Shown in pieces: positions 1-12,690 of a DNA stretch of 64,000 nucleotides (positions within the stretch are counted from its first letter, which is position 1; every line of letters starts with the position of its first letter). Source of the stretch: Raillietiella orientalis (taxonomy: Eukaryota); the NCBI GenBank assembly GCA_036172245.1, contig JAYWIR010000060.1, positions 1-64,000 on the forward strand. The letters run 5' to 3'. The position numbers and the translations under genes were made by a program. Under the pieces are notes generated by a model, which was not told the DNA's origin, searched no databases, and saw only the letters and a list, made by a program, of their open reading frames with translations.

Positions 1-447
1 AGTCATGTGGACCACCACGGAGCGGTCCATAGATACTGGCAGGATCTTGCGGCCGTCTACGTTCAGCGGCGCATGGATAAGGCGGTGAGCCAAGGTGACG
101 TCTTTGCAGACCACCTCGACCCGCTGCCCGCCGCTGAGAACGGAGAGGCCGTCCAGATCCTTCTCCGTGACATTCGCGTCCTTCAACGCTTTTCTGAAGG
201 CGCGCGCTGTTCGGCCGTCGAACAAGTTGCCTACCTGGTACAAAAGCGAAGGCTTGTACCCGGAGGCCTTGTATGCGGCCATCTCCGCCATGGCTTCTGC
301 TCTGGGCGCGGCCACATTGGCGCTTCATGTCCTCGGGGTGGCCGGGGATGATTCCGGGGCGGCTGCCCCTGCTCCAGTAGGCTGTGGGGGCGAACTAGCC
401 TCCTCCGCGCCTACCTCCATCGCGGTGTCCTCTGGCATCGTGGCCAT
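1..447 (-). mobile_element. 5' part of ORF1 of a Tx1/L1-like non-LTR retrotransposon, interrupted by an in-frame TGA; runs off the window edge
   Basis: From the ATG at 447 the minus strand reads MATMPEDTAMEVG...PRT*SANVAAP...LDGLSVLSGGQRVEVVCKDVTLAHRLIHAPLNVDGRKILPVSMDRSVVVHM. A low-complexity N-terminus followed by this pattern resembles Tx1-type ORF1. Family assignment is by resemblance only. Confidence 0.5.
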
Positions 448-729
448 TGGACACCTACGATGTACACCAAACAGCACACACAAGAAAAACGCTTTCCTAC
501 TACTCTTTGAGGAGTGAAGGAAAAACACGTCCTGCTACTGGCCTTGGGGCGGCCGGCTGCAACGATACAGCCAGCTCCTTCGCCGCACGCTCGAAGGCGG
601 CGTCATCGATCACGGTCTCGATGACGGGCGCTTCCGCCGGTTCGCTCCCCATGCTGTTGACATTTTCAGCAGTGGGTTTTACACCCGCGTGAGCTCGGGC
701 TTTTATTATTAAAATTTTTCAAAATACAC

Positions 730-812
730 AAAAAAAAAAAAAAAAAATTCGTAACGAAGTCATGATTTGTTTTTTTTTTGTTGTTGTTGTTGTTGTTATT
801 GTTCTTTTTTTT
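730..812. repeat. Poly-A run plus (TTG)n/T-rich tract; on the minus strand the latter is the A/(CAA)-rich 3' tail of the adjacent LINE
   Basis: A-run at ~730-747; tttttttttg(ttg)n...ttttttt at 767-812. Confidence 0.8.
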
Positions 813-2945
813 CTGTCGGGACATATGGCCCGACTATCTTGAGGCACTTGTTCTTACCGACCTTAAGGCCTATAAGGTCCTTCACACTGGCGAAGGGGCG
901 GGGAAAAACAAAAATAAAAAACAAAAAAAAGAAAACGCCTGGGGGGGTAATGTTCTTCGGGAGGGGGAGGGAAGGGAAGGAATCACGGCACGCCGTGAGG
1001 AGGCCTCTGCATCCGGTCACGGATGCGGACGAGTGCCTGTAAATGTTTTCCAAGTCGGCGCCAACGGCAGGCCTTCTCCAAGGAGATGGTTGCCCAGTGG
1101 ATGGCATTCCCACTGGCATGTCCTCTCCTTGACGGGTTCACTTGTTCAGTATTCCGCGTATGCAACAGAGCACTGCTAGACATCCGGAAGCTGGCAAGGC
1201 GTCCCGCATCAGGAGTCGAAAGATGTTCTTCTGGTCGCCCCGCGGAATGTTCAAGATCGACGAGAGTCGGTCCCACATATCACGAAGGGCAACGCACTCT
1301 AGGATCAAGTGAGGAAAGGTTTCTCTTTCCCACAGTCTGGGCAGTTAGCATCCACACTCCCCGGTGTCCAGTGAGGCAAGCGCGCTCTGCTTAACAGTGT
1401 CCAATGGAGCAGAAGCAACGCCGTCTCCTGCCACTGCAGGGGAAGGGTGCCGTTGTCCCGAGACGCCGGGGGCCACTTCACCTCCTCCGGAGGTACTTCG
1501 AGCAGCGCACCCCAGCCTGAAAGTCCATTCGGCGGGACACTCGGGGTACTAGCGTTTGCTAGTTCCCGGGACGTCCACGCCTTCAATAATTTTTTCCTGC
1601 CTCCGATGAGTCAGGACACTCCCTACAATGCCTCCTGCTGGCTGTCCCGAACTTCCCTGAGGGAGGGCAGCACTGGGGCAAGGGGGGTGAAGGAGGCCCA
1701 CAGAAGCTTCCGTGGGTTGCGGGCGATCTCCTGCAGTCGCTGACCAGCGTGCCTGCTTCTACGGAGGCAGGAGAATTCTTCATCGCTGGAGCCGTTGATT
1801 TTAGTCCATGCGGAAACGGATTCCTGGAGCCAGGTAGTCCAGTCCACAGGGATGCAGGAGATCCACGAATTGTCTCTTAACAGGGCAACCAAGTCTTGAA
1901 GCTGAAAACCACAGTGGTTAAGGTTGCAGTAGTTTGCTACTAGGATTGAGGTCAATCCATGGCAGCCGGTTGCCCTGTGAGCAAGGAGTCTTGACGGTGC
2001 ACACCAGGGTGCGGTCCAGTACTTTGCCACAAGGGCAAGTTTACGGAATTGGTGCTGTCGCTATATGCGCTCCAGCGTCAGGAGTCCAAGTCCACCGTCC
2101 CTGCGTGGAGCGCACAGGTCTTTAAGATGGACGCGGGGCCTCCGATTGCCCCAGAGGGCTTTTCTAATGAGGCCCCTTGTCCTTTCACGAATTTGGGGAG
2201 GGTTGGGGCATACAAAAAGTAGGGGGCGGAGGATGGGGGCCGCGAAGGCGTTCCAAACCGCGGCCCGTTCCTGCAAGTAAAACTTGCCGTCCCGGAACGG
2301 GCCGATCGCCAACTCCATCTTTTGGAGACGGTCGGACCAGGCTTCTGCAGCGCAGAAGTCCCCCAACGGAACGGTCAGGTACTTTAAGTACCCTCCCGTG
2401 GGGATCCCCAAGCGCATCCAGTCCGACCGTCCTGCCCGCGCCGAGTCCGGAAAAATGATTGACGACTTCGCCGTGTTTACCTCGGAGCCCGTCCCACGGT
2501 TCAGCAACTCAAAGAAATCTCCCAGCGCCGATGCCAGGGTGGACCCGGGAAGCAGAAGCAGAAGGTCGTCGGCATAGGCCGACACGGCCGGCGTGCCGGG
2601 ACATGAGCTCGACAGGGTTTCCAAAGTCTCCCTGTATGCTCTCAGCACCAGCTCGAAGTAGATGCTGAAGAGCAAGGGGCTAAGGCTGTCACCCTGTCGG
2701 ATGCCACGACGAACCGGCACGCCAAACACGTGCCGGCCGCTAAAATTTAAATTGATCAAAGCGAAGCGCCAGCAAGAGCGCAGGTAGGCCAGGAAGACGG
2801 CCGGAAATCGCAAGCGTTCTAAGAGCTCTAAAAGGAGCTCCTTGTCGACGCAATGGAAAGCTTTACGCAAATCGACTGCGACCGCAAGTGCTCCGGGCGC
2901 CGCATCCTCCCCCCGGCTTCCCTCCTCTCGGTCAATGAAGAGTCC
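767..2945 (-). mobile_element. 5'-truncated, frameshifted Tx1/L1-clade LINE ORF2 (reverse transcriptase plus C-terminal CCHC zinc knuckle) with 3' UTR and tail
   Basis: RT motifs AVDLRKAFHCVD, GIRQGDSLSPLLF, AYADDL, VNTAKS and LKYL, plus the L1/Tx1-type motif LCAPRRDGGLGL (ORF 2061-2870). CPDCGKE / ETFPHLILEC..W spans a frameshift near 1320. Stops and frameshifts occur downstream; the tail is A-rich. Confidence 0.92.
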
Positions 2946-2959
2946 AGGACTCTCCCGAC

Positions 2960-3730
2960 CTAGCTAAGCCGCCCGTCGCAGGTGCTGCGGCGTCTTCAGA
3001 CATTTCTGCCTTCCAACTGCCACGCTTCCACACTCACACGAACTTCTAAGCTGGCTTGCCCAAGCTTGCTCACCAAAGCCGCGTGCGACCACCAGCACAA
3101 GTAAGCTGCATCTTCGCGTCGTTTGCGTCTTTTTTTACCACGTTCCTGTTTGATTCCTGCTGCAAACCCTTGGAGTCTTTCTGCGACCTTGCTCCCCAGC
3201 ATGGTGCGGGTCCATCGCCGCATGCATTTTTTTCCAATGTCCCTTCAACTGTAGAAACTTTTATCTGCTATAAAAAAACAGGAAAGGCGAAGTGCTGAAA
3301 TCTGCAATCAAGGAAGAGGTGCTTTGGACACGAAATTCCTGTGGTAAGTAAGGAAATCCGGACTTCACGTGGAGGTCAGCGTATTGGTCTTTCCTTCTCC
3401 GGGAACAAAAGAAACGGAATGGATACACAACCAAATCCCAGAAAGAAGGGAACTTGCGGAATCACCTGGGGCTCCGTGGGCGCCGAATACCCAGAACAAG
3501 CTGCAGGGATCTTCCGCACTCACTGGCAATGCTCCTAAGAACCCTTGTGTGGCATGCATCACGGAAGACGGTGCGCCATGGACTGCTTTCTCCGATTCTT
3601 GGCTGCCTTCACAGAGTTTCCAGATGGGAGAGCGGGAGCCACGTCTTTGATGGAAAAAGGTACATAGCAAGAGATTTTGATATGCAAGCGAAACCAAGGT
3701 GTTCCTAATGCTCCCAAGCCAGTCTCACGT
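2960..3730 (-). mobile_element. Older, highly decayed LINE segment (possibly the endonuclease region), inversely homologous to ~34050-34770
   Basis: By-eye nucleotide similarity to the reverse complement of 34050-34500, e.g. gagccacgtcttt.atggaa and gttcctaatg.tcc..agcc.gtctcac. Confidence 0.4.
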
Positions 3731-3761
3731 CCATTCCCCGGAAAGATCAGCCCAAGTCGGA

Positions 3762-3830
3762 GGCCGGGTGGTAACGGTAGTCTCTGCGCGTGTCACCAAC
3801 AGTCACAGGTTCGAATACTTTGAACTCAAT
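3762..3830 (+). repeat. tRNA-derived (SINE-like) head, degenerate
   Basis: A-box-like TGGTAACGGT and B-box-like GGTTCGAATAC. Homologous to 33370-33436(-) and 60131-60194(+). Confidence 0.45.
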
Positions 3831-4649
3831 CGACACAGCCGACAATTCAGTTCGAAGTTAAAGACGTAGGTTCGAGTTCCTCCCAAGACATAACGCTGGT
3901 TAGACTACATTTAACCGGGTGCGAAACTCAGGGTGGTTAAAATCGGATACCCCGATGAGGGCCAGGACAAATGGGAGTCGACTTTTGGGTCCTTCCAGGA
4001 ATCAATTAGGGGGACATCTTCTTCGATTGTAGAAAAGAACAGACGCACAAATCCGGAAGGACCATCCGGGTCGTACTGATAAAGTAGGAGTGTCGTCACC
4101 ACCTCTCTAGAGAGTGCAGAGAAGCGAGCCGATCCCTTCGGGTAGGCAGCGTCGTTCAGAATTTCGGGAGCGTTTACTCGGGGTTCTTTTCAGGGGAGTA
4201 AACAGGAGCAAATCCCTTGCGGCGGACCCCTCCGGAGGAGAAAAAGTAAGGCGCATGCCCCCGTGGGTCCCTTTGGAGAGAATAACGAAGACTCCCATGG
4301 AGATTCTCCTTCGGAGACATTCCAGGTGGAGGTGATCTCCATTTTCGGGAAACCTTCCTTGTACGTTAGAGGAACGGACTCCAAGCCTTTCCTGGATTCA
4401 ACCCTTCCGGGTACCCTAACTTTAAGAATTACACACAACATTCTTAACGTGGTGTCGAAGAGTTGCGACGACAGAAAAGAAAGGATTTCCATCACCGTAA
4501 GCCCAGTAGAAGCCTTACGATCGTTACCGTCGGGGAGGCTCCCAGTGATGGGAAATCCCCACATCCATCCACTTAAGAAGCAGGAATTAAGAGGTATGCT
4601 GCTGCATTGGGGGCCCTCTTGCAACTCCGGCCGACATCACTGAACACGG

Positions 4650-5240
4650 GGGAAATGTGAACCCGAACTGTATAGCAGGTGCGGAGCGCAAGGGTGGCTC
4701 CCGCAACTACTTGTGAACTGTGCTTCCCTCCGGCCCCTTCGAGGACGCTTTGACTTGACCCTGCGGACCTCCGGCGGCAACCCCAAAGACTTTAGGAAGC
4801 ACCTCTTTATGCGCGTTTTCCTCACGCCGGCCACGTCCCCGGCAGCTCTTTGCTGCCTACGCGGAATCGCATCGGCCTGAAGCTTCAGCAGACGAGTCAG
4901 GGACGACGGGGACGTCCTCGAGTTTGCAGTCCATTTTCTCAGGAACGCAAACCAATGTTCCCGTTTGCGAACTATCCAGGAGCAACGTGCCGGTGTGCGG
5001 GCACGCATACAGAGGACGCCTTTCAGCAGAATATGAACTCTCCAACATCCATCCGGAGTATTTTCCTATATACATATCTTCATGTATTTTTCTTCATTTT
5101 TCTCTTTGTCGACCCTCTCTCCCCTCTGCTGCCGAAACAAATCCCTCTGGTCTACGAACCGGATTCCCCGCAGCTTCCGAAGGTGATGGCCGTGGCAGGA
5201 ACGAGCGCCCTGCCATCGCCTTTTTCAGTTTTTTTTGCAA
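4650..5240 (+). mobile_element. Decayed 3' fragment of a LINE ORF2 (zinc-knuckle remnant and T-rich 3' UTR); mirrored at ~32056-32646
   Basis: YSRCGAQGWLPQLLVNCASLRPL resembles the CCHC knuckle of the 767-2945 element and is followed by a T-rich/C-rich UTR-like tract. Confidence 0.4.
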
Positions 5241-8200
5241 AAGAACCTGTCCGGCGCGCTCCCTGAAAGTGAAACTGCCGACAGAGACTCAGCGCACCAG
5301 CACGGCGGAAAGCACTTGAAATGAACGGCAAGGAGGACAAAGACGCCGCCAGACGGCTGCAAAGACACGGAGGAACCACAGTGGTGGCTCGTACGGCGCG
5401 ACGAAGATGAGCCAGCAGCCGACCCTTGGGGGGAATTCCGCGCCCAGAAGGGTCGGGGCGACCGTCCACGGCGGCTCGCGCGCGGTCATCAAGGACAGCA
5501 GCGGCAGCCTTCATCGGCTTGCGGGAACAACGCATGGGTCGATTCCAAGATCGAATTGTCGGTCACTCCTAACGGACGACCATTCAAACTGCGCCACGCT
5601 GCATCGGGTGCCCACCGAAATCTTTAGCCTCGTTCGTGAGGCACTTGAAAGCAAGAAGAACATGCCTTGCGAATGTCTGTAGACTGATTCCGCTGATCAC
5701 TCCTCAGCAGAGCAAACGTTGGAACGCAAATCCTTCCTGTGTCTCGTGGAAGACCTCAGTCTTCGAAGTCCCAGCTTCAGAGACTGACATCTGGGTCGAC
5801 GTCTTGCATCTCTTACCGTACGTACCATTGTAATTTCAGAACTCAACACCAGCGTGCAAAACAGTAAGTATGCTGAAGGTAAGAATTGAAATTGCTCTGC
5901 TGCTCGTGAATAAGATTGTAATCACCCCTGAATTCAGAGGACATGATGAACTGCCATACGTTACGTCTTATTGCCTGACATCTTAGTGCCGCGCAAGAAA
6001 TGCATACAACGAAGCTCGAATCTCAAGATGAATGCATCCAGAAGAAGGTCGACCGGGCTGGCAGTAATAAGCAGAGCTCTACGCAGGAAGCTGAATTTGC
6101 AAGGCTCCCGCGCAGACATTGCGCACGTCCTTATCGTTTGTGGGTATGACGAAGGATGAAATGAAGAAACAGAAATCGGTTGAGGGCACTGCCGGAGGTG
6201 CGAAAGAAATTTCATTTTTGTAAGAAATACACAGCTGTTCCACCAATATAGAGAATAAAGCAAAAAAGATTGGTAAGAACCCTGGAAGCTCGGAGGTACA
6301 TTTGTCCTGAAGGGACAGCGTATCCTTGCAATGATGTCCTCACTAGGGGAACGTTCAAACTGCGGTGTTTTTGCAAAAACGGTAAGTGCGATACACTCAA
6401 GATACAGAGGCAAATGGCAAATGAGAATAAATAGGCGGTGATCAGCCTCCATATCACGAGAGGGTCAACAGTTTTTCGCATTGGGCATGAGGCTGATAAA
6501 GCTTCTGTGATTTCAGGGCTGCAAAGTGTAGAAATGGTGGTCACTGTACTTAGCTGGTGAATAAGAGGGATTCCTGTGGGGGATGGCAGATTTCGAAAAT
6601 AAAAGGTGGTGTGAGTTTCTTGTTGACACGCGTGACTGTGATCTTCAGGTTTGTCGATGAAGACGACGAAGGGCTATTTTCGTTTATAGAGTTTCTTGCT
6701 TCATAATGGCTGATATTGTCCTGAGCCCAGGCAAGGAAAATGAGGACATGAGGATACTGGCTCGTGAGGGTCGGATTTTCAGCGTAAGGAAGGGATGAGA
6801 AGAGACGAATAGGGTGAGTGAGCAATAGGGGAATGAAGAGAAAGCGTTTGAGATCAAGTGTGGATTCTTCTCCGTAACTTAAAGATGCTTTCTAAGAGAA
6901 GGAAACGAAAACGTCTACGATGTAAAGAGAAAACGAATGCTGGGTATGATGATGTCAAGGAGAAGAAACCGCCAGGAATGATGATGCATGGATAAGTAAC
7001 AAAGTGTGTAAAAGCCAAGATTATGGAATGAGAACATGACCAGAATAGAAGGAAAACGGATAGAATGTTGGTGACACAAAGGGATGGATTGATAAGATAT
7101 AACGTTTCCGGGTGCCGTACTAAGAAGAGCAGTGGCATCATGGTAATGCCCAGAAAAAGGTGCTCGGGTGTCGGAAATAGAAACCAAACGAAATCTACAT
7201 ATATTACCCTTCCGATCATTTTGCATCGTCAAACACTTTACAAGCATTCCGCCATTTCTCAGTCGCAGATTCGGGACTCTAGGAAAAAGTGGGAATAAGG
7301 AAGACGGTTGTGTCTTGAGTGGGAGTATTGAGGTTTAGTAACTGCATGCCACTCAGGGACAGATTTCAAAGACTTTACTGGGATTGGAGGTCAAAATGTT
7401 GGGTATTCCATTCCGATAGAAGCAAACATAAGGGGCAATGGATATAAAATGTCAATGAGGACCGTGTCAGTGTTTGTAAGAGAGCTCACAAACCCTTTAC
7501 CCCAGCTTGGAATTATGATTGACCACACTAGCTAGGCGAGGTCATGGCAATGACTATTGTGGGTCTTCAGTGTTCCTCGACATTGATGGAATTTTTTCTT
7601 ATTCATAATTATGGATGCAAAGGTAAGATGAGGGTTCGTGCGTAATTTCTTCATGAATGATGTGATGATTGAACGAAAAAGGATAACTGCAAGCGGATGG
7701 GATGGTTATTCCATTCTAGTGGTTGTGGCATTATTTCTTGCAATCCCACAGGGTGGGGCGAAAAAGATTAGTGGATCAGTGTTTGCGGTTGTGAAAGGAA
7801 AATCATGCATTACAGTGATATTTTTAAGGTTCCTACGGTGCATAGGTATGAGAAATAGCCAACGATTCAATAGTGGAACGGTTGTGTTATTATTTTCAAA
7901 GTTATCATTGATGAGATAGGTGAGGGGAGAAAACAAAAGCCACAGAAGGCCTAGAAAAATAGGAAACTGAGGCTGGCGAGAGTGGACAATAGGGAAAATG
8001 CAATGAGAAAGATGATGCGTATGTAAAATAAGCTCATTTCCAAGCCAAATTAGTGAGCATATTCTAGTGGAAAATGCGATCCATGTTATTCGGATGATTA
8101 GACCAAAGAGAAGTTGCTCTGATGGAGTGAGAATAAAGAGATCACAGAGGACAATCGTGAACGGGGTATGGGGCCAACAGCTATATTTGCTAATCTTCAA

Positions 8201-10600
8201 TTCACTCATTGTGCTGAACAGGGTACGGATCTTAGTGAAAGAAACACTTTTCTTAAGGTACAGTACCGTGAAGGCGAGCATCAGTTGATCCTTCATTGTA
8301 AAAATGGATGTTTCGTAATTGAGTCGCTCCAATCAAAGTTTGCGTAATCTTAAGAACACTTCAAGTTTGATGTCACCTACTCAAAGGAGTAGGTGACATT
8401 AAGGGACGATACGCAACTTTAAGGGTTTTGAATTTTCCATGGTTTTCATTCTCAGCTTGGAGAACTGTATGAGGAAAGCACTGCACGCTCCTACGCAGGT
8501 TGAGGTGAGCGCGTGGGCGGAGCAGATGCAGCGATGTACCACTTGAAGAAGGCACTTGGCAAAAGCCATAGGAAGAGGTGGAAAGCCTATTGCGGGAACG
8601 TGCGTAGCAACCGCTTGTTCCATGCGAGGGACAGTTGGGGCATGGAATGCCACGGGAAGACACAAACACCACAGAGGAGTGAGTGCCCACTTAAGAATCG
8701 ACGAACGCCACTGTGTCAACGTATTCCGGATGAGAAAAGAGACTTCGTGGAACACGCTGGGATCGCTTCCTCCCATAAACATTTTTGATGACATTCTTCC
8801 TTCCATTTTTCCCGTTTATCTTCATACCATGCCTACCCGCATGAAATCCCGGGGAAGTGGAAAAGAACTCTCGCTGTGTTTTGCACTTGGAAGAACCAAT
8901 TCTTCCAACGAAAATCCGAATTGATTATCCTTATTGTTTTCTAATAAATGGCCAGACAAATACAGATGAGGAATGGCGTTCTAACTGGTGCAACCGTTCA
9001 CCCCTTTACGCTTACGCGCGTGCCCCCACTCCTCAAGAGGATCACCTCGAAAACTACCTCGAGCATGGCCTTCTGGCTTCAGGAACTCCACATGGGCTGC
9101 TGGGCGAAACCACGTGCAAAAATGTCATCAAAAATCGCGTTCCCTGTCGACCGCGAGCGATCGCGAGAGCATGTGGCACCCCTGACTGCCTGCGTGTCCT
9201 CCAAAGGCCCTTCTGCGATTCTCCGCAAATCCGCTGCAACCGTTTGCTGTTATTTAGCCATAGCTGAGCTTCAGGTCGAAGGTCATCGCGACAGGTGGCT
9301 ACCCTTTTCGTGTCTTGACGTCGCCGCGCAGTCCGTGGACGCTCCGCTAGTTGGAGGAAGGAGGGGAATCCCTTCATCATTGCTGGGAAATTTCCCGGTT
9401 CGCTCCTCATAGTCAAATGAAAGCGGAAGTGAAAGCTGAGGCATTCTTTGCTTTGTCTCCAAATTTGTTCTTTGAGCGGAAAATGCTCGCTGTGCACCAT
9501 TCTTCCGACCCCCCGCATACTTCCGTTATCCGTGTACGGTACATCCATTCCCCGAGGAAATGCGATCCTTCTCTCAGCTCTCGGCTTTATTTTGGAAACT
9601 CTTCGTACTTCATTCTCATAAGGATCTCCGCAAGATGGCCGTACATAAGCGACCACAGAAACGAAACTGCCAAAACCCTGCATGCGAAGTTGCGAACAAA
9701 CGGCAGCTATGAACCTTTCACCAATCTCCCCGCCCTTACTGTGAAAACCCACCAATCCTTTTTTGTTGTTTATTTTTTGCTTTGGTTCATTGCTCCCTCT
9801 TCGCTAGCGAAGTGGACACAAAGGATTGCTCCCAGGTTCGTTCAGCAAGCAAGAAGAAGCGGTGGTAAACTTGGTGGATGGCGAGTGCCATATACTTTGG
9901 CAAAAGATCAAACATTCATGGAGTTCGGCAAACGCTGACAGCAGCAGTCCAAGCATTGTCCGCTGTTACGGCCCCAGAAGAGGGGGCGAATCTGGCAAAT
10001 CGAGTAAGAGAGGGACATTGCAAGAAGGAAAGTATGGGGATGCTGCGTCGTTCTGTCGCATCCACGCCCACCCATTACGTTCGAGTGCCTTCACGGCTGA
10101 AAAGAACCAGGCGCCTCTCTTCTTCAGCAGCATTCAGTCGACCAGAAAAGTGAGACATTGCTTGAGGAGGCTCACGGAATTCAGCAGCCGAGGGCAGTGT
10201 ATCTCTCGGGCGCCTCCTAGCCGAGGGCGTGTATACAGTCCAATATAAAAGTATACCACGTGTGTCCACATGCACCGTACAACCCTGAGAAGAAGGGAGT
10301 GCGGATGCTGATCGCGGAGTTTTCGCCATGGAGCCGGTGGCGGTGCTGGAGGTTTGACCATCCATCTTCCACTTTTCCAGGTAGATGTGTGAGTGGTCTC
10401 GGACACCCTGAAGCATTCAAAGAAGGAATTTGGGCAGAGGGCAGCTCTGAGGCGCTCTTGCCACCATCAATGGGAAAATATCCTCGATGCAGAAAAGAGA
10501 ACCATCTGAAATCGCTTGGAACGTAACCCGAGAAAGAGACATCACCCATCTTTTCTTCGCCACATTCCCTGATACACGCCAAGACGCGTTGTGGATGCGC

Positions 10601-10606
10601 TTTATT
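10601..10606 (-). promoter_or_regulatory. Polyadenylation signal AATAAA of the left GM2AP-like gene (mirror at 26690-26695)
   Basis: AATAAA about 15 nt after the stop codon in both arms. Confidence 0.6.
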
Positions 10607-10620
10607 GGACAGAAAGATCT

Positions 10621-11591
10621 CTATTTGGATTTAAGAGTGAAGCGCAAATCGTAACAGAAAAGCTCCTCTCCGTTTTTCTTCAGCTCCAACCGAACGTGAT
10701 AATCACCTTCAAAGATAGGTACCGCCGGCTCCTCGTAGCTAAACTCCCTGTCAAACTGGTGGGGATAAAACGGACACTCTCCGAGAATAACGAGCTCTGA
10801 CAGGAACGTGCAAACACTGTCATAGTGGCAGCTTCCCACGTCTTCCACGCATTCAATTTTAACCCATTCGTCCAGTATTTTCACCTCCACAGTGACATCA
10901 AGCTGAAATCGGAGAAAAGAATTGAACTCTGCATCCGTTGATGGAAAGAGAATGCAGCTATAAGAGATGTGCTTCAGGATCTCTCGTTAGAGCTAGAGCT
11001 GGAAATGGTGCTGGGATTAGAGAATGCTCACCGATTGGCTGCTGTTGATTTCAATTTTCAGGTCACCCTTCAGTTGAACGTCCACATTTCCCGGGATGAC
11101 AATCGGATCCGGCTTCACCAGGAGAGAGATATCAAGAGCATCCTTTGACTTCGGGGAGCAGCTCTCGAAGCTGAAGCCACCCTGGAAGAACAGAAGGAAC
11201 AATCCAAATGGTCCCCTGTTTTGCCTGGTCACCCTGAGGTCCCATCTGCGCCATATTGCACATGCAGCCACGTCTCCTACCGAAGTCTCCCCAATCCTTC
11301 AACGAATTTTCGTAAGATCACTCGAACCATAGAGAAGTCGTTGAAGGTTCTGAACATTCGGAACACGGGAATGATTGACGCATTCTACCATCATGAGCGA
11401 TGGTAGGAGAGGGTGCACAAACGATCTCTCGGTGACCTTCCGCCATGCATTCAGTCAGAAACTCGGAAAAAGTTCGTTACCTTTGGGAGATTCCAGACGT
11501 GTATCAGATTTTCCAGCACGTTTTGGCCACGCTGAGGGGTCCTCGCAGAGGCCTGGAAGACGATGAGAGACAGCAGGAGAAACCGAATCAT
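10621..11591 (-). CDS. GM2-activator-like / ML-fold lipid-binding secreted protein, copy A (exons 11591-11481, 11181-11032, 10902-10621; ~180 aa, 6 Cys)
   Basis: Signal peptide MIRFLLLSLIVFQASA; FSFESC...VKPDPIVIPGNV; WVKIECVEDVGSCHYDSVC...GDYHVRLEL...LFCY, matching GM2A family motifs. Introns are phase-0 GT-AG and a polyA signal follows. An extra small exon in intron 1 cannot be excluded. Confidence 0.88.
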
Positions 11592-12139
11592 CCTCCGATT
11601 CTTATTCCCGTCAAACTTTAGAAGAGTGGAAGGTCTTAACGCAAAGGCAACTTTCCCAAGCAAGGAGGGCAGCCGAGTATTTAGAGGGTGTTGCTTATCA
11701 CTATCTGCTGTGCCTTTCCGGCCCCAGTCGAGCACTCTCCAACGCAGATGGGAGGCTATCAAAAACTCACACCATAGGAAATTTTTATTTCCAGATTCCA
11801 TCTCTCTAAGGAATAGCGGGAGGAATGCAGGTCTCGTTTTTCCATAAGGTGAACAGAGCGAGAAGTTTCTCGAACGCACTCTTTTCAGGAGTTCCGAGAA
11901 ACCAGGCGGAAGAAGGATGGGGACCTCTCACAGTGACATGAGGAGTGAAACCGGGATGCTACGGAAAGAATCGTGATGATGACGCCATGCACGCACGGTT
12001 CGGACAGCCAGTTGTGTCATTCTGCTGGGTTTTCAGACTAAAGACAAAGAAGTACTGAAGGAAGTGGGTTGGACATATCAGATCAGCGACCATCTCCACG
12101 TGGCATTAAATATGTCTCTCCACTCTCAATGCTTTATGG

Positions 12140-12690
12140 AGATTGAGTTGTAGGGTCAACCAGCAGCTGGATCGCGGACGTGTGGAGAGCAGGCAAAGGA
12201 TAAAAGAGGATATTACCCCGCAAGGGTGGCGAAGAGCTTCGACATAATTTATACGCTATTGGTGTTGACGGAGAACCACCGACGGTCGCTTGGTCGCCAT
12301 GCCAATGGACTCACATCCGTCTTACCGGGGGTCCTTGGAAGACAACGCCGATCTGACGCATGCAGTACGAGAAGGAACACGCGGTGGATCTTCTTTCTTT
12401 GGAGATGGCACTTTGCTCGTTCTCGGAAGCTGCTGCATTCCTTACGAGACAGACCCAGACTTTTGGTTTGCACGTTGCGAAGAAATTGAAACGAAGGAGG
12501 TGCCAGTAAATTTCAGATGGGGGCACAATAGCCACTTTGCTTGCATCAATATTTTCATCTGCAAAACGATTACCACGAAGTATCTGTGAATAACGGTAGC
12601 TTTCCCTCAATCCATCTGCATGCTTGTGGACACACGGAACAAGCGTATGTTGTAGGTGTTTTCAAACGCTTCGGTTGCAGGCCGAAGAGC
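12140..12690 (+). mobile_element. Decayed PIF/Harbinger-like DDE transposase relic (mirror ~24606-25150, minus)
   Basis: Ordered motif remnants across frames: VVG; YY/RKG; YRGSLEDNADL; FFGDG; HTEQAYVVGVFKRF. Compare Harbinger YxNRKG, GSxxD, GDxxY and IExxFGxLKxRF. Confidence 0.45.

Noticed and set aside
2061..2870. RT as the engine of a DGR/retron-like system diversifying the GM2AP exon
   Set aside because: It is a truncated, frameshifted LINE RT. The exon-3 differences are not adenine-specific and I found no template repeat.
5900..8350. Hydrophobic ORFs as membrane protein genes (mirror 28950-31400)
   Set aside because: No coherent exon model or family motif. Probably a very old LINE relic, but the evidence is too weak to call.
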